The notes under the pieces were generated by a model that saw nothing but the letters and a program-made list of their open reading frames with translations, ran no database searches and had not been told where the DNA came from. From positions 14,025 through 78,024 of the forward strand of contig JBHORG010000005.1 of the NCBI GenBank assembly GCA_042565955.1: a stretch of DNA of 64,000 nt, read 5' to 3'. The translations under genes and the position numbers were made by a program. This DNA comes from Thermoproteota archaeon. GTDB taxonomy: Archaea; Thermoproteota; Bathyarchaeia; Bathyarchaeales; Bathyarchaeaceae. Below are positions 56,202 through 64,000 of the stretch, piece by piece; position 1 is the stretch's first letter; the number at the start of each line of letters is the position of its first letter.

Positions 56202-57140
56202 TTATCCAAATCGTAGCAGGTGTTTCGTCTGTAGCCCACGTGTTAAGCCAAGCCTATTCGCTATAGTTATAGCTGTGTCAAATTCCTCACGAGCAGGGTA
56301 TCGATTAAGCTCCTCATACTGGTGGGCTCTACCCGCTGGCCTGTACTGGGACATCACGTTAACATAGCTGTTAGGCGAGACTTCCTCAGCTATAAACTTT
56401 AACACCTTCTTGCTTCCAGCAAGATTGTTGGGCAATACGAGGTGCCTTATCAGCAATCCTCTCTGCGCCATATCTAACGCATCAAACTTTAGATCGCCAA
56501 CCTGACGATGCATCTCTATAACTACTTCTTTTACAATTGGAAAATAGTCTGGAGCGTTAGAATAATTTGTTGCTGGCTCGCTATCTCCATATTTTATGTC
56601 TGGCATGTAGATGTCAACAACACCGTCTAACAATTCTATTGTCTTTATATCTTCATAACCTCCGCAATTCCAAACTAAAGGTAACTTTAATCCCTTTTCT
56701 ATTGCATGTTTTATCGCTTTAACCAGCTGTGGAGCAAAGTGCGTAGGTGTAACAAAATTAATATTGTGACAACCCCTGTGCTGCAAGCTAATCATGTAAT
56801 CGGCTACCTGAACCTCGCTTCTAACATCTCCATATCCTAGATGACTTATCTCATAATTTTGACAATAAATACAGAGCAAATTACAGTTAGTTAGAAATAT
56901 GGTGCCAGAGCCATTCACTCCGACCAAAGGGGCCTCTTCCCCGAAGTGTGGGCCATAACTTGAAACCATGAGCTCCCTCCCAGATCTACAGACTCCCTTT
57001 TCCCCTTTCAACCTATTCACTCTACACTTTCTAGGGCAAAGCTCGCATGATTCAAGTATCTTGTAAAGTTGTTTTATCCTCTCATCTAATTCTCCAGTCT
57101 CATACAATCTGAGATAGCTTGGCTCCCTCATTCTATTCAT
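56202..57140 (-). CDS. radical SAM protein, PflX-like (COG1313; PFL-activase homologue)
   Basis: 312 aa. An N-terminal extra Cys cluster (CELCPRKCRVNRLKGEKGVC) is followed by SSYGPHFGEEAPLVGVNGSGTIFLTNCNLLCIYCQN, which contains CxxxCxxC. Confidence 0.7.
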   Translation of the reverse strand: MNRMREPSYLRLYETGELDERIKQLYKILESCELCPRKCRVNRLKGEKGVCRSGRELMVSSYGPHFGEEAPLVGVNGSGTIFLTNCNLLCIYCQNYEISHLGYGDVRSEVQVADYMISLQHRGCHNINFVTPTHFAPQLVKAIKHAIEKGLKLPLVWNCGGYEDIKTIELLDGVVDIYMPDIKYGDSEPATNYSNAPDYFPIVKEVVIEMHRQVGDLKFDALDMAQRGLLIRHLVLPNNLAGSKKVLKFIAEEVSPNSYVNVMSQYRPAGRAHQYEELNRYPAREEFDTAITIANRLGLTRGLQTKHLLRFG

Positions 57141-57239
57141 ATTTACATCCTCAGCAAAAATCTAAGATTCAAGTTAAATATGCTGTGAAAATATATCTTC
57201 ATATCGCTGAAACCCTTGTAGAGAGAACGGTTTCTAAGT

Positions 57240-57608
57240 AAAAAAAGGGGAATTTTAGAACCGTCACCATGTGATACAATGAATTATATTTTACTGGTAA
57301 ATTAGGGTGCGAATCACGTCATTAACCATTTTTATTATGTAGTTTATTATCTGTTCATTTTTTCTCCATTTTAAACATAAACATTTTTCATATAATTGGT
57401 TGATTTGGATTCGAGATTAAAATTAACCCCTAGTTTTTAAAAAAAGTGGAGTTGTGGGAAATATCACCACTAGGGTGACCATCCATGCTAGACTACGACC
57501 CTAAATTGATAGACAACGATCCCAAATACGATAGATATCTATTTCGAAATTTTCCCTAAAAAAGGGGGATTTTGCGGGAGAATAGTGGAGATATCGCCAC
57601 CAGAGCAC
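57240..57608. repeat. three related 35-55-nt repeats (R1 57240..57276, R2 57439..57480, R3 57558..57608)
   Basis: Each starts with an A-run plus a G-rich block on the + strand. R2 AGTGGAGTTGTGGGAAATATCACCACTAGGG aligns with R3 AGTGGAG-ATATCGCCACCAGAG. R1 shares AAAAAAGGGGAATTTT and CGTCACCA with R3. On the minus strand each ends in a C-rich block plus T6-7. Confidence 0.5.
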
Positions 57609-57631
57609 TGAATTACTATTTATCTGTTTCT
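57609..57631. repeat. third att-like site (20/23 match to attR core)
   Basis: TGAATTACTATTTATCTGTTTCT versus TTAATTACTATTTATACGTTTCT, in the same orientation. It is immediately preceded by repeat R3. Confidence 0.5.
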
Positions 57632-57766
57632 GGAAAGAAACCTGAATCCACTTTAATAAAAGTTGAACAGATTAGGATTTATTAGAAAAATTGAAAATAG
57701 ACTTTATGAATTGGTGATACGAACCAATTTAAGTATAATTGTTAATCATTTAATATTCTGAGCATA

Positions 57767-58219
57767 ATGGTCATTCAAAAGAATGCGTATGTGGACGTAA
57801 ATCCGGTTATAGTTACTAAAGAGGGAAAAATCGTTCTTGCCAAAAGAGCGAGAGGCATTGTGGGAGGAGGAATGTGGCATCTGCCCGGAGGGAGAGTTCA
57901 ATTCAGGGAGACTTTAGAGATAGCCTTAACGAGAGTGGCTTGGGTAAAAGTCAACCTGAAAATCGTACTATTCTATTCTTCACTCAAAAAAAGTCTTGTA
58001 GGAATTTATGATGACCCAAAAAGAGACCCGCGGGAACATGTTATAAGCATCGCATTCCTGTGCAAGTTCATCAACGGAGAAAGTATACCAGGAGCAAAAG
58101 TTGACGTAATCAAGAGCTTCTCAGAAGCGGAAATAAGTAAGTTGGAGATTGCCTTTGACCACAGAAAAACCGTTGAAGATGCATTTTCTATGTTAACGAA
58201 CTTAAATGCACAGCTATGA
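57767..58219 (+). CDS. Nudix-fold protein with degenerate Nudix box
   Basis: 150 aa. LPGGRVQFRETLEIALTRVAWVKVNL aligns to GX5EX7REUXEEXGU. It keeps G, E6 and R14, but V, V and K replace the REx2EE glutamates. Confidence 0.6.
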   Translation: MVIQKNAYVDVNPVIVTKEGKIVLAKRARGIVGGGMWHLPGGRVQFRETLEIALTRVAWVKVNLKIVLFYSSLKKSLVGIYDDPKRDPREHVISIAFLCKFINGESIPGAKVDVIKSFSEAEISKLEIAFDHRKTVEDAFSMLTNLNAQL

Positions 58220-58266
58220 AAATTGGACTTTGAAAGTATCATACAGCCAGACTTTCTATTGTAAGC

Positions 58267-58764
58267 TTAGATATCATCTGCTAGATATTTTAAGTCGAAA
58301 TTCCTTAACTTGTATCCGGATCCTATGCTTACAAGGAACGATTCGAAGTTATCCATGAAATGTCCCAAATCCATTCCAAACGAGCGCATGAATTCAGCGT
58401 AAGCAGAATAGTCTTTGTGGAAAGACATCAAAACTACGTCTTTTCCAAGACCTTCACCGCCAGAACCGAAGATAACGTTAGGACGTTTGGCTACCCATTC
58501 CTTCGACTTTTGTGCAATTTCTACAGTTTTATCTTCTCCGGAGTAAAGTTTAGTTTTTCCAAATGTGAATGCCATTATTTTGTATCCAAGTTTCTGGAAA
58601 TCTGGAATAATGGTGTAAGTCTTTATATATTCTTTTTCGATTCTAGCCCGAGTTCTGGAAACAGTAGGCTGCGAGACCCCCAGGATGCCAGCTAATTCCC
58701 GGTCACTTTTTTTGGAGTTTTTTAGCATCTCACTTACTAGCCTAAGCAATTTTTGCGGTTTCAT
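58267..58764 (-). CDS. Lrp/AsnC-family-like transcriptional regulator
   Basis: 165 aa. The N-terminal HTH is SDRELAGILGVSQPTVSRTRARIEKE, followed by an alpha/beta effector-like domain. Confidence 0.65.
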   Translation of the reverse strand: MKPQKLLRLVSEMLKNSKKSDRELAGILGVSQPTVSRTRARIEKEYIKTYTIIPDFQKLGYKIMAFTFGKTKLYSGEDKTVEIAQKSKEWVAKRPNVIFGSGGEGLGKDVVLMSFHKDYSAYAEFMRSFGMDLGHFMDNFESFLVSIGSGYKLRNFDLKYLADDI

Positions 58765-59018
58765 AATAATATTAGGTGTTGTAGTCCTTTAAAAGTTTGA
58801 TGCATTCTGTGCCAACATTAAAAAATAGATAGGCCCACAACGTTTATTTTGATACATTTTTTTCGATTTCTGTAATTTAATTTAGTATGAATTAAATAAA
58901 CAATTACTACACGTCATGTACTATAAACCACAAGTCATGTAATATAAATAATAACATAAAAAGTGTGTAGACTAGTTAAGAGTCCACGCTTCTAGGTATA
59001 GAAAACCTATTTTGGGAG

Positions 59019-59567
59019 TTAATTTAGTTCCACTTCTACAGCTACCCCTTGTTTGATGAGGATTCGAGCATTTTCAGGAGGTAGAGTTGCAATATCTTCT
59101 GATCCGAAAGGACCATAAGTCTTCAAATCAGATCCAACTAAAGCAGGAATTTCCTGAACAAATCGCAGAACCGTCAGAGTTTGTTTTCTATCCTTTGTGA
59201 TACATGATAAATTTCCTCGAAGAATATCCTTAGAGAAAACATGACAAGCTTCGGCTAAAGACAAAACTTCTCCATACAATTTTTTTTCTTCTTCAGTTAA
59301 GGAGTTTCTAGCAACGGTTTGTCGATCAACAGCCTTTTCCCGGAATTTCTTGTAACGAAACAAAAAAAGTTCGCTAACCATAACTTGGACATTTCTAAAC
59401 TCGTTCTCCAGCAACCCAGATTTTGTTGTTTTTTTGTCTAACATACGATTTTCCTCCTTTAGTTTTTTGATATAAGTAGCAATTTTAATGTAGAAATTCT
59501 TCGGAAGCGACTGAATCGTCTCATTTTCTTTTTCCTTTTTCCATAGATCATAGAGTTCATCATACAA
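59019..59567 (-). CDS. GINS subunit (Gins51/Gins15-type)
   Basis: 182 aa. MYDELYDLWKKEKENETIQSLPKNFY...VSELFLFRYKKF fits the GINS A-domain pattern. Lying immediately downstream of priS is the arrangement conserved in archaea. Confidence 0.6.
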   Translation of the reverse strand: MYDELYDLWKKEKENETIQSLPKNFYIKIATYIKKLKEENRMLDKKTTKSGLLENEFRNVQVMVSELFLFRYKKFREKAVDRQTVARNSLTEEEKKLYGEVLSLAEACHVFSKDILRGNLSCITKDRKQTLTVLRFVQEIPALVGSDLKTYGPFGSEDIATLPPENARILIKQGVAVEVELN

Positions 59568-59569
59568 GT

Positions 59570-60802
59570 TTACTGTACCACCTCTGCCATACCCTTACAC
59601 AACAGCATTAATGCTGCCGCTGTAGGAAGTTCAACTTTTTCCCCTTCAAATGGACCATAGATTTCGTCTTCCACCCTGAATTGGGGAACGGTTGAAACAT
59701 GAACAGTTACCTCCCCGGTCTTAAAGGCTACTGCGCTCTTGAGAGGATCAAAATCTTCAATATGAGTAACAGGAAACTCGACTTTTTTTAATCCTGTTTT
59801 TCCATGTAACGAATTGGGGAGTCTTATCAGGCGATTGATGTCAGGAGTAACTACTGTGTCGATTTTAACAGACTGTTTATCCATTCCGTATTGAGCTATC
59901 TTTCTCCAAGTTTCTAGACTAATATTTTTGATGATTCCCCAAGGACCTTTTTTGTTCCAACTCTCCAGAATGGCATTTCTATGTTTAATTAACGAGTTTA
60001 CGTGCCGAGTTTTTAGACCAATTCTCATCAACTCTTCTTTGGAAGCGGATAAGAGGAAGTCGTAGGTTCCCTTAGCTATGCGTCCTCTCCAGCCTCGATC
60101 ATTTAGGTCTGGACCAGAAACCCTTCTTGTGGGTGATGCATTTTTCACAATACCATGAAATTCTGCCTCCAACCCAATTCCCATCACATAATCAACGATC
60201 TCTTTACGAGCCAACGAATCCAATCCTCGAATTGATTCGTTCTCCACATGAACGTGGTAGCCTCTGTGCCCCGAAAAAGCCACAGTCACCACTTTTGAGG
60301 AAAAACCGAAATCGTCTGTCAAGACATCTACAAGTTTAATTGCTTCAACCTTAGATGCTTCTAAACAAATTTCGCAAGGCCAAGGCTTTTCCTTGAATTT
60401 TATTCCACCACAACTACATTTTTTGGGGTGTTCGCCTTTACCAGAAGCACCACAGCCAGTACAGACCCAGAGGTCATGAATGGTTGCACATGGAGTTGGG
60501 ATGTGGTCGGCATCGATGTCAAAAACCAAGTCGGCGCCCAACCACCCTTTTGCTTTCATCTTTTCTTCTGGACGTTCATAATAAGCGCTTGAATAGTAAA
60601 CGTCTGAGGGCACGACAGCACATAACGAAGACCTGAGACTGTCCGCGTTTATGAAGCCCTTGTGTCTAACCATAACTCTCTGTTCAAGGAGAAAACCAAA
60701 CTCCCGCCTTTCCAGAGAAGATGGAGGTAAAATAGATGTGGAATTCTGTTTATAGTAATCAGCAAAGTTGTCTCGGATGAAAGTCTGCGACAAAGAGGAC
60801 AT
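59570..60802 (-). CDS. priS: DNA primase small (catalytic) subunit
   Basis: 410 aa. The catalytic motifs are DLVFDIDADH and FSGHRGYHVHV, with an inserted Zn-binding CTGCG...CSCGG segment. Confidence 0.9.
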   Translation of the reverse strand: MSSLSQTFIRDNFADYYKQNSTSILPPSSLERREFGFLLEQRVMVRHKGFINADSLRSSLCAVVPSDVYYSSAYYERPEEKMKAKGWLGADLVFDIDADHIPTPCATIHDLWVCTGCGASGKGEHPKKCSCGGIKFKEKPWPCEICLEASKVEAIKLVDVLTDDFGFSSKVVTVAFSGHRGYHVHVENESIRGLDSLARKEIVDYVMGIGLEAEFHGIVKNASPTRRVSGPDLNDRGWRGRIAKGTYDFLLSASKEELMRIGLKTRHVNSLIKHRNAILESWNKKGPWGIIKNISLETWRKIAQYGMDKQSVKIDTVVTPDINRLIRLPNSLHGKTGLKKVEFPVTHIEDFDPLKSAVAFKTGEVTVHVSTVPQFRVEDEIYGPFEGEKVELPTAAALMLLCKGMAEVVQ

Positions 60803-60993
60803 GTTTTCCCGCCCATTATACAGTATAGATCAAAAACAATATTTAAACGGGATTTAATTTACCGTGAACTCTAACAAAATAAGGTCTTCAATAGACTTTT
60901 TGGTAATGCTTAGATTTACTTGACAAAACAAAATATGTTTTAACTATCGGACGCATTAATATGAAACACAATAACTAGTACTTTTGAGGAAAA

Positions 60994-61236
60994 ATGAGAA
61001 AAGAAAAAAGGAAAATGATCCCCGAAGAGAATGAAGAAGAAACTGAAACAATGGACATTTATAACGAAAAACAGCTAGAAGAGATGTTAAAGAACGATGA
61101 GATAACCGAGGCCGAATACAGCTTCATGTTGGGAAGAGAAAAAGTTAGCAATAAAAAGAAGCTGGGATTGGAAAGAAGAGAGCATCAAGACACCCACGCA
61201 GGCGAACTAGCGAAAAGTGAATATGAAGACGATTAA
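60994..61236 (+). CDS. hypothetical acidic small protein
   Basis: 80-aa ORF, Glu/Lys-rich, with an ATG start. No motif was recognised. Confidence 0.3.
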   Translation: MRKEKRKMIPEENEEETETMDIYNEKQLEEMLKNDEITEAEYSFMLGREKVSNKKKLGLERREHQDTHAGELAKSEYEDD

Positions 61237-61319
61237 ACCACTAAATATTGATTAACCTTCTTATCAAGTGCTAGGGAAAAAAATTGACTCGAGTATAATC
61301 TGGCACTATAAAAAAAGAC

Positions 61320-62399
61320 TCAATCATCTACTTCATTTGGTTTCTCTTCAGACAAGTTTTGTAGTTTTCGTTTGTAACAAACCAAAGGATTCACTGCTCC
61401 TTTGCATTCGTATTCTGGTGAGATACAAATACCATGAGTGCGTAATGTAGAGCAATTTGGAGGAGTATATCTGGTCCCTGAACCTCTGGTTCCGGCGATG
61501 TGATCGACCTGATATCGGGTCATTCGTTCATTGAAGTCAGAGACTGATCGGAAAAACTTGAAAACGTCATCTACACTCATTCCAACGTTTAACATGAAAG
61601 AAGTTAATGCAAATCGACCTAGGTGCGAGGCGGGACGACCAGTCGCAACCCGATCATATACACCCTTAATGCATGATGGAAAGGCTTCCATTACTACACG
61701 CGCCGGCATTTCCTGAATCCGAATTTGCTCTTGTTTCTCTGCAGCTAGTTGTCTCAGTCGGTTTACTCGGACCATGATAGTTGGAGGAAGAGATTTTATC
61801 TTTGTGTTGACTCTCGCTTCAATATATTTGCGGATTTCCTCTTCTAGCAAGCGGCTTACTTCTCTTTCTGTAAGGTATACTTCTCCATCAATCATAAGAT
61901 GATTAACAAGTTTCCAGTTCTTGTCGTGAAAGCCAGTCGCGTTCTTCAAAAAAACTGGAAAACGAACAGCAAAAGAATATGGCTGTAAACTAAAATCATC
62001 AACTAGCCTTACGTTCCAGCCGAAGTTGTTGGCAACTTCCAACAATTTCTCTCTTTCTTCACATTGTAGTAATGCAGAAGCTCGTTTCGCTTCGGCTAAT
62101 GCATACCTATTTCTTACAAAAGATTCTTCGACAGCAACAACTAACATAATCGCTATTGGAAAAGAGAAAATCTCAATTTCGTACTCCTTAGGCTCATCTC
62201 TTGGTTGAGTCTTCGCGTATGCAGAGACATCAATTAAAGCATTGGTTACGCGTTCCTCAGCTCTATCCAAAAACGGAACAAAAAAGTCGCTCTCTAACTC
62301 TTTGATATCTAGATCCACTTCTTTTACGTGCTCAGCAGCCTCTTTCATGAAGGGATATTTTGCACGATCATAAGCAGTGAGTAACTGCTTAACCTCCAT
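61320..62399 (-). CDS. priL: DNA primase large subunit
   Basis: 359 aa. FPSCIKGVYDRVATGRPASHLGRFALTSFMLNVGMSVDDV and the Fe-S Cys ligands (PPNCSTLRTHGIC...EC) are typical of PriL. Confidence 0.88.
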   Translation of the reverse strand: MEVKQLLTAYDRAKYPFMKEAAEHVKEVDLDIKELESDFFVPFLDRAEERVTNALIDVSAYAKTQPRDEPKEYEIEIFSFPIAIMLVVAVEESFVRNRYALAEAKRASALLQCEEREKLLEVANNFGWNVRLVDDFSLQPYSFAVRFPVFLKNATGFHDKNWKLVNHLMIDGEVYLTEREVSRLLEEEIRKYIEARVNTKIKSLPPTIMVRVNRLRQLAAEKQEQIRIQEMPARVVMEAFPSCIKGVYDRVATGRPASHLGRFALTSFMLNVGMSVDDVFKFFRSVSDFNERMTRYQVDHIAGTRGSGTRYTPPNCSTLRTHGICISPEYECKGAVNPLVCYKRKLQNLSEEKPNEVDD

Positions 62400-62410
62400 C
62401 TAATCTCTGA

Positions 62411-63166
62411 CTACTCTACTTCTATTCTCGGAGCCAAGAAAAACTTTAGTTTTCCCTCTTTCTCCTGCTGGAAGTCGAGTTTAATGGGCATATCTGTTGA
62501 AAACTCTATAACAACAATCTCAGAGGTTGGCACAGCTGCTTTAACTATCTCTGAGAGGTAACTTAAACTGAAAGTGGCCTTAGAAGGTTCTTTCGCTTTA
62601 ATCTCTAAAAGTACATCATCTCCTGCCTTGAATTCGATCTTAGCTCCCATAATATCACCAGTGGCGTTCATGAGCATTTTTTCGTTATCCGCCTCGATTC
62701 GAACATGATCACTAACCAAAGAGGCATCTTCTATAGCCTCCCGCAATCCATGTGTCGTAGTCTTCGCACTCACATTAAATTTGACTTTTGGCGTGGGAAC
62801 CTCTTCCTCCATTGCCTCCAGAGTAGGCATGTTGAAGGTACGAGAATACTTTCCTTCAATTGCAATTTTCAGTTTTCCAGTCTTATCATCCAGAGACAGC
62901 TCAACAGATTCGTCCTTTCCGGTTCTCCTCAGTAGTTTTAACATTTCACTTATGTTGATACACATCTTCATCCTTTCGCCACAAGAATACTCATCAAACA
63001 CAGTTTTCGGCCACTTGAAATCGACCATGGCGACCCTTGAAGGATCCATCGCACGAAGCGTAATCCCTTCAGATGTAAGATCAAAAGTGGCTTCGTCTAT
63101 GAGTATCGAAATTGCACCCATCATATCCTTCAAAAACTTTGCATCAGCCATTTTAGCCTTGAACAT
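62411..63166 (-). CDS. pcn: DNA polymerase sliding clamp (PCNA)
   Basis: 251 aa from ATG 63166: MFKAKMADAKFLKDMMGAISILIDEATFDLTSEGITLRAMDPSRVAMVDF..., with C-terminal KLKFFLAPRIE. The track start at 63232 adds 22 atypical residues. Confidence 0.9.
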   Translation of the reverse strand: MFKAKMADAKFLKDMMGAISILIDEATFDLTSEGITLRAMDPSRVAMVDFKWPKTVFDEYSCGERMKMCINISEMLKLLRRTGKDESVELSLDDKTGKLKIAIEGKYSRTFNMPTLEAMEEEVPTPKVKFNVSAKTTTHGLREAIEDASLVSDHVRIEADNEKMLMNATGDIMGAKIEFKAGDDVLLEIKAKEPSKATFSLSYLSEIVKAAVPTSEIVVIEFSTDMPIKLDFQQEKEGKLKFFLAPRIEVE

Positions 63167-63281
63167 TAGCAAATCTCCGTTAGCATTTATGTTTAAACTA
63201 CTATCATTTAAGGTGTTTGATTCTTTAAACACCCATATGAGAAGTGGCTATTTTTTACAGATTTCATAGTGAGAACAGTTT

Positions 63282-63638
63282 TTAGCTGTTTTCACGGAAG
63301 GTAAAATTACATTTTGTGCATCTGAAAAACTGTGTTGATGACTCGTCGGTTCCTCTGGTTTGAACTTGCCAAGCGAAGGCGGTGTTGTTTCCACATTTGG
63401 GACATTCTACTCTAACTGTGGGTAAAGTACGCAACTTTTGTTCTTCTTTTCCAATAATAGCTATAGGTTCTTGAGGAGAACGTTCTATTACTTTGGGGAT
63501 AACAGATGGTTTATCTCCAGCATATTTTGTATATCCACATTTTGGACATACAAGATGAAAAATGGCCTTTTCTTCCTTTTTTTCGCGGCGTGAAACTAAT
63601 CGCATTCCACAGTCAGGACAGAATTCCACACACTTCAC
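63282..63638 (-). CDS. tfs: transcription factor S (TFIIS/RpoM-like)
   Basis: 118 aa. The N-terminal Zn ribbon is CPDCG...CPKCG. The C-terminal TFIIS ribbon is VECPKCGNNTAFAWQVQTRGTDESSTQFFRCTKCNFTF. Confidence 0.88.
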   Translation of the reverse strand: MKCVEFCPDCGMRLVSRREKKEEKAIFHLVCPKCGYTKYAGDKPSVIPKVIERSPQEPIAIIGKEEQKLRTLPTVRVECPKCGNNTAFAWQVQTRGTDESSTQFFRCTKCNFTFRENS

Positions 63639-63686
63639 CTCTATTTCTGCGCAATGTGGAATGTAAGTTACTCTTTTAAATCTTTT

Positions 63687-64000
63687 CTATCTACGAAACA
63701 ATCCAGAGGCCAATATGTGTGCTACACGTAACGCCTCGGGAATGTTACTTAGTGTAGACGTTTTTTTCATTATAACTTCGGCATCATCAAACGAAATTCC
63801 CGCTATTTGTATGTAAACGGGATTCTCTCCATTTCGAGTTTCAACCTCAAAGAGTTCCCCAGCATTCAGCATAGCCTGCCATCGCTTATTAAATTCTGGG
63901 AGATTCTTAAGGGCCCTTTTTATTTCCTCCAAATCAGGTTTTTTTCGCGTCACTGACATGATAGGCAAGTCTACCATTTGAGAGAGTTTATAGATATCCA
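63687..64000 (-). CDS. EndoV-fold DUF99/UPF0215-like protein (C-terminal part; ORF stays open to the window edge)
   Basis: NPVYIQIAGISFDDAEVIMKKTSTLSNIPEALRVAHILASG resembles the C-terminal ...yVS.G..isl..A...v....lPEPlR.AH..a pattern of endonuclease V / DUF99. The frame upstream of ATG 63977 has no stop before base 64000, so the true start may lie outside the window. Confidence 0.4.
   Translation of the reverse strand, partial: DIYKLSQMVDLPIMSVTRKKPDLEEIKRALKNLPEFNKRWQAMLNAGELFEVETRNGENPVYIQIAGISFDDAEVIMKKTSTLSNIPEALRVAHILASGLFRR

Noticed and set aside
1-64000. Search for CRISPR arrays, rRNA genes, inteins in NrdD/TopA/CarB/HsdR, and IS elements
   Set aside because: I saw no regularly spaced repeats, no rRNA-like sequence and no transposase. 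Protein lengths and collinear motifs give no sign of intein insertions. This is eye-scan only; a dedicated tool (CRISPRCasFinder, Infernal/Rfam, ISEScan) should confirm it.

Overview
Low-GC archaeal chromosomal segment. The gene content suggests an Asgard-type archaeon: PriS/PriL primase, GINS, PCNA, TFS, the rpl44e-rps27e-aIF2alpha-nop10-PAC2 cluster, Clp1 kinase, RadB, CDP-archaeol synthase and STT3/AglB, plus small proteins that resemble eukaryotic OSTC/OST3 and PAC4. Metabolic blocks are a class III ribonucleotide reductase with a glutaredoxin-like partner, a three-gene sulfide-dependent homocysteine-synthesis cluster (COG1900-CBS / NIL-ferredoxin / UPF0280), an ABC-2 exporter, and carAB-argH-argG. 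One tRNA-Pro(CGG) is present. I saw no rRNA genes and no CRISPR array. The main accessory feature is a ~17.6 kb integrated element (38481..56102). It is bounded by 23-bp direct repeats (22/23 identical), and a tyrosine integrase has its stop codon inside the left repeat. Its cargo is a Type I R-M operon (hsdM-hsdS-hsdR plus a DUF45 metallopeptidase-like gene), several HTH/Zn-ribbon regulators, an AlbA_2-domain protein, and a translationally coupled four-gene cassette (RHH, radical SAM/SPASM, HD hydrolase, Cys-rich DUF2284-like protein). I regard that cassette as the best candidate for an uncharacterised defence or small-molecule system. Other points of interest are an NrdD paralogue fused to a winged helix that has lost the glycyl-radical motif and aligned cysteines (possible nucleotide-sensing regulator), a third att-like site with a local repeat family at 57.2-57.6 kb, and a Nudix-fold protein with a degenerate Nudix box. 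All functional calls come from motif recognition by eye. No database search was run.
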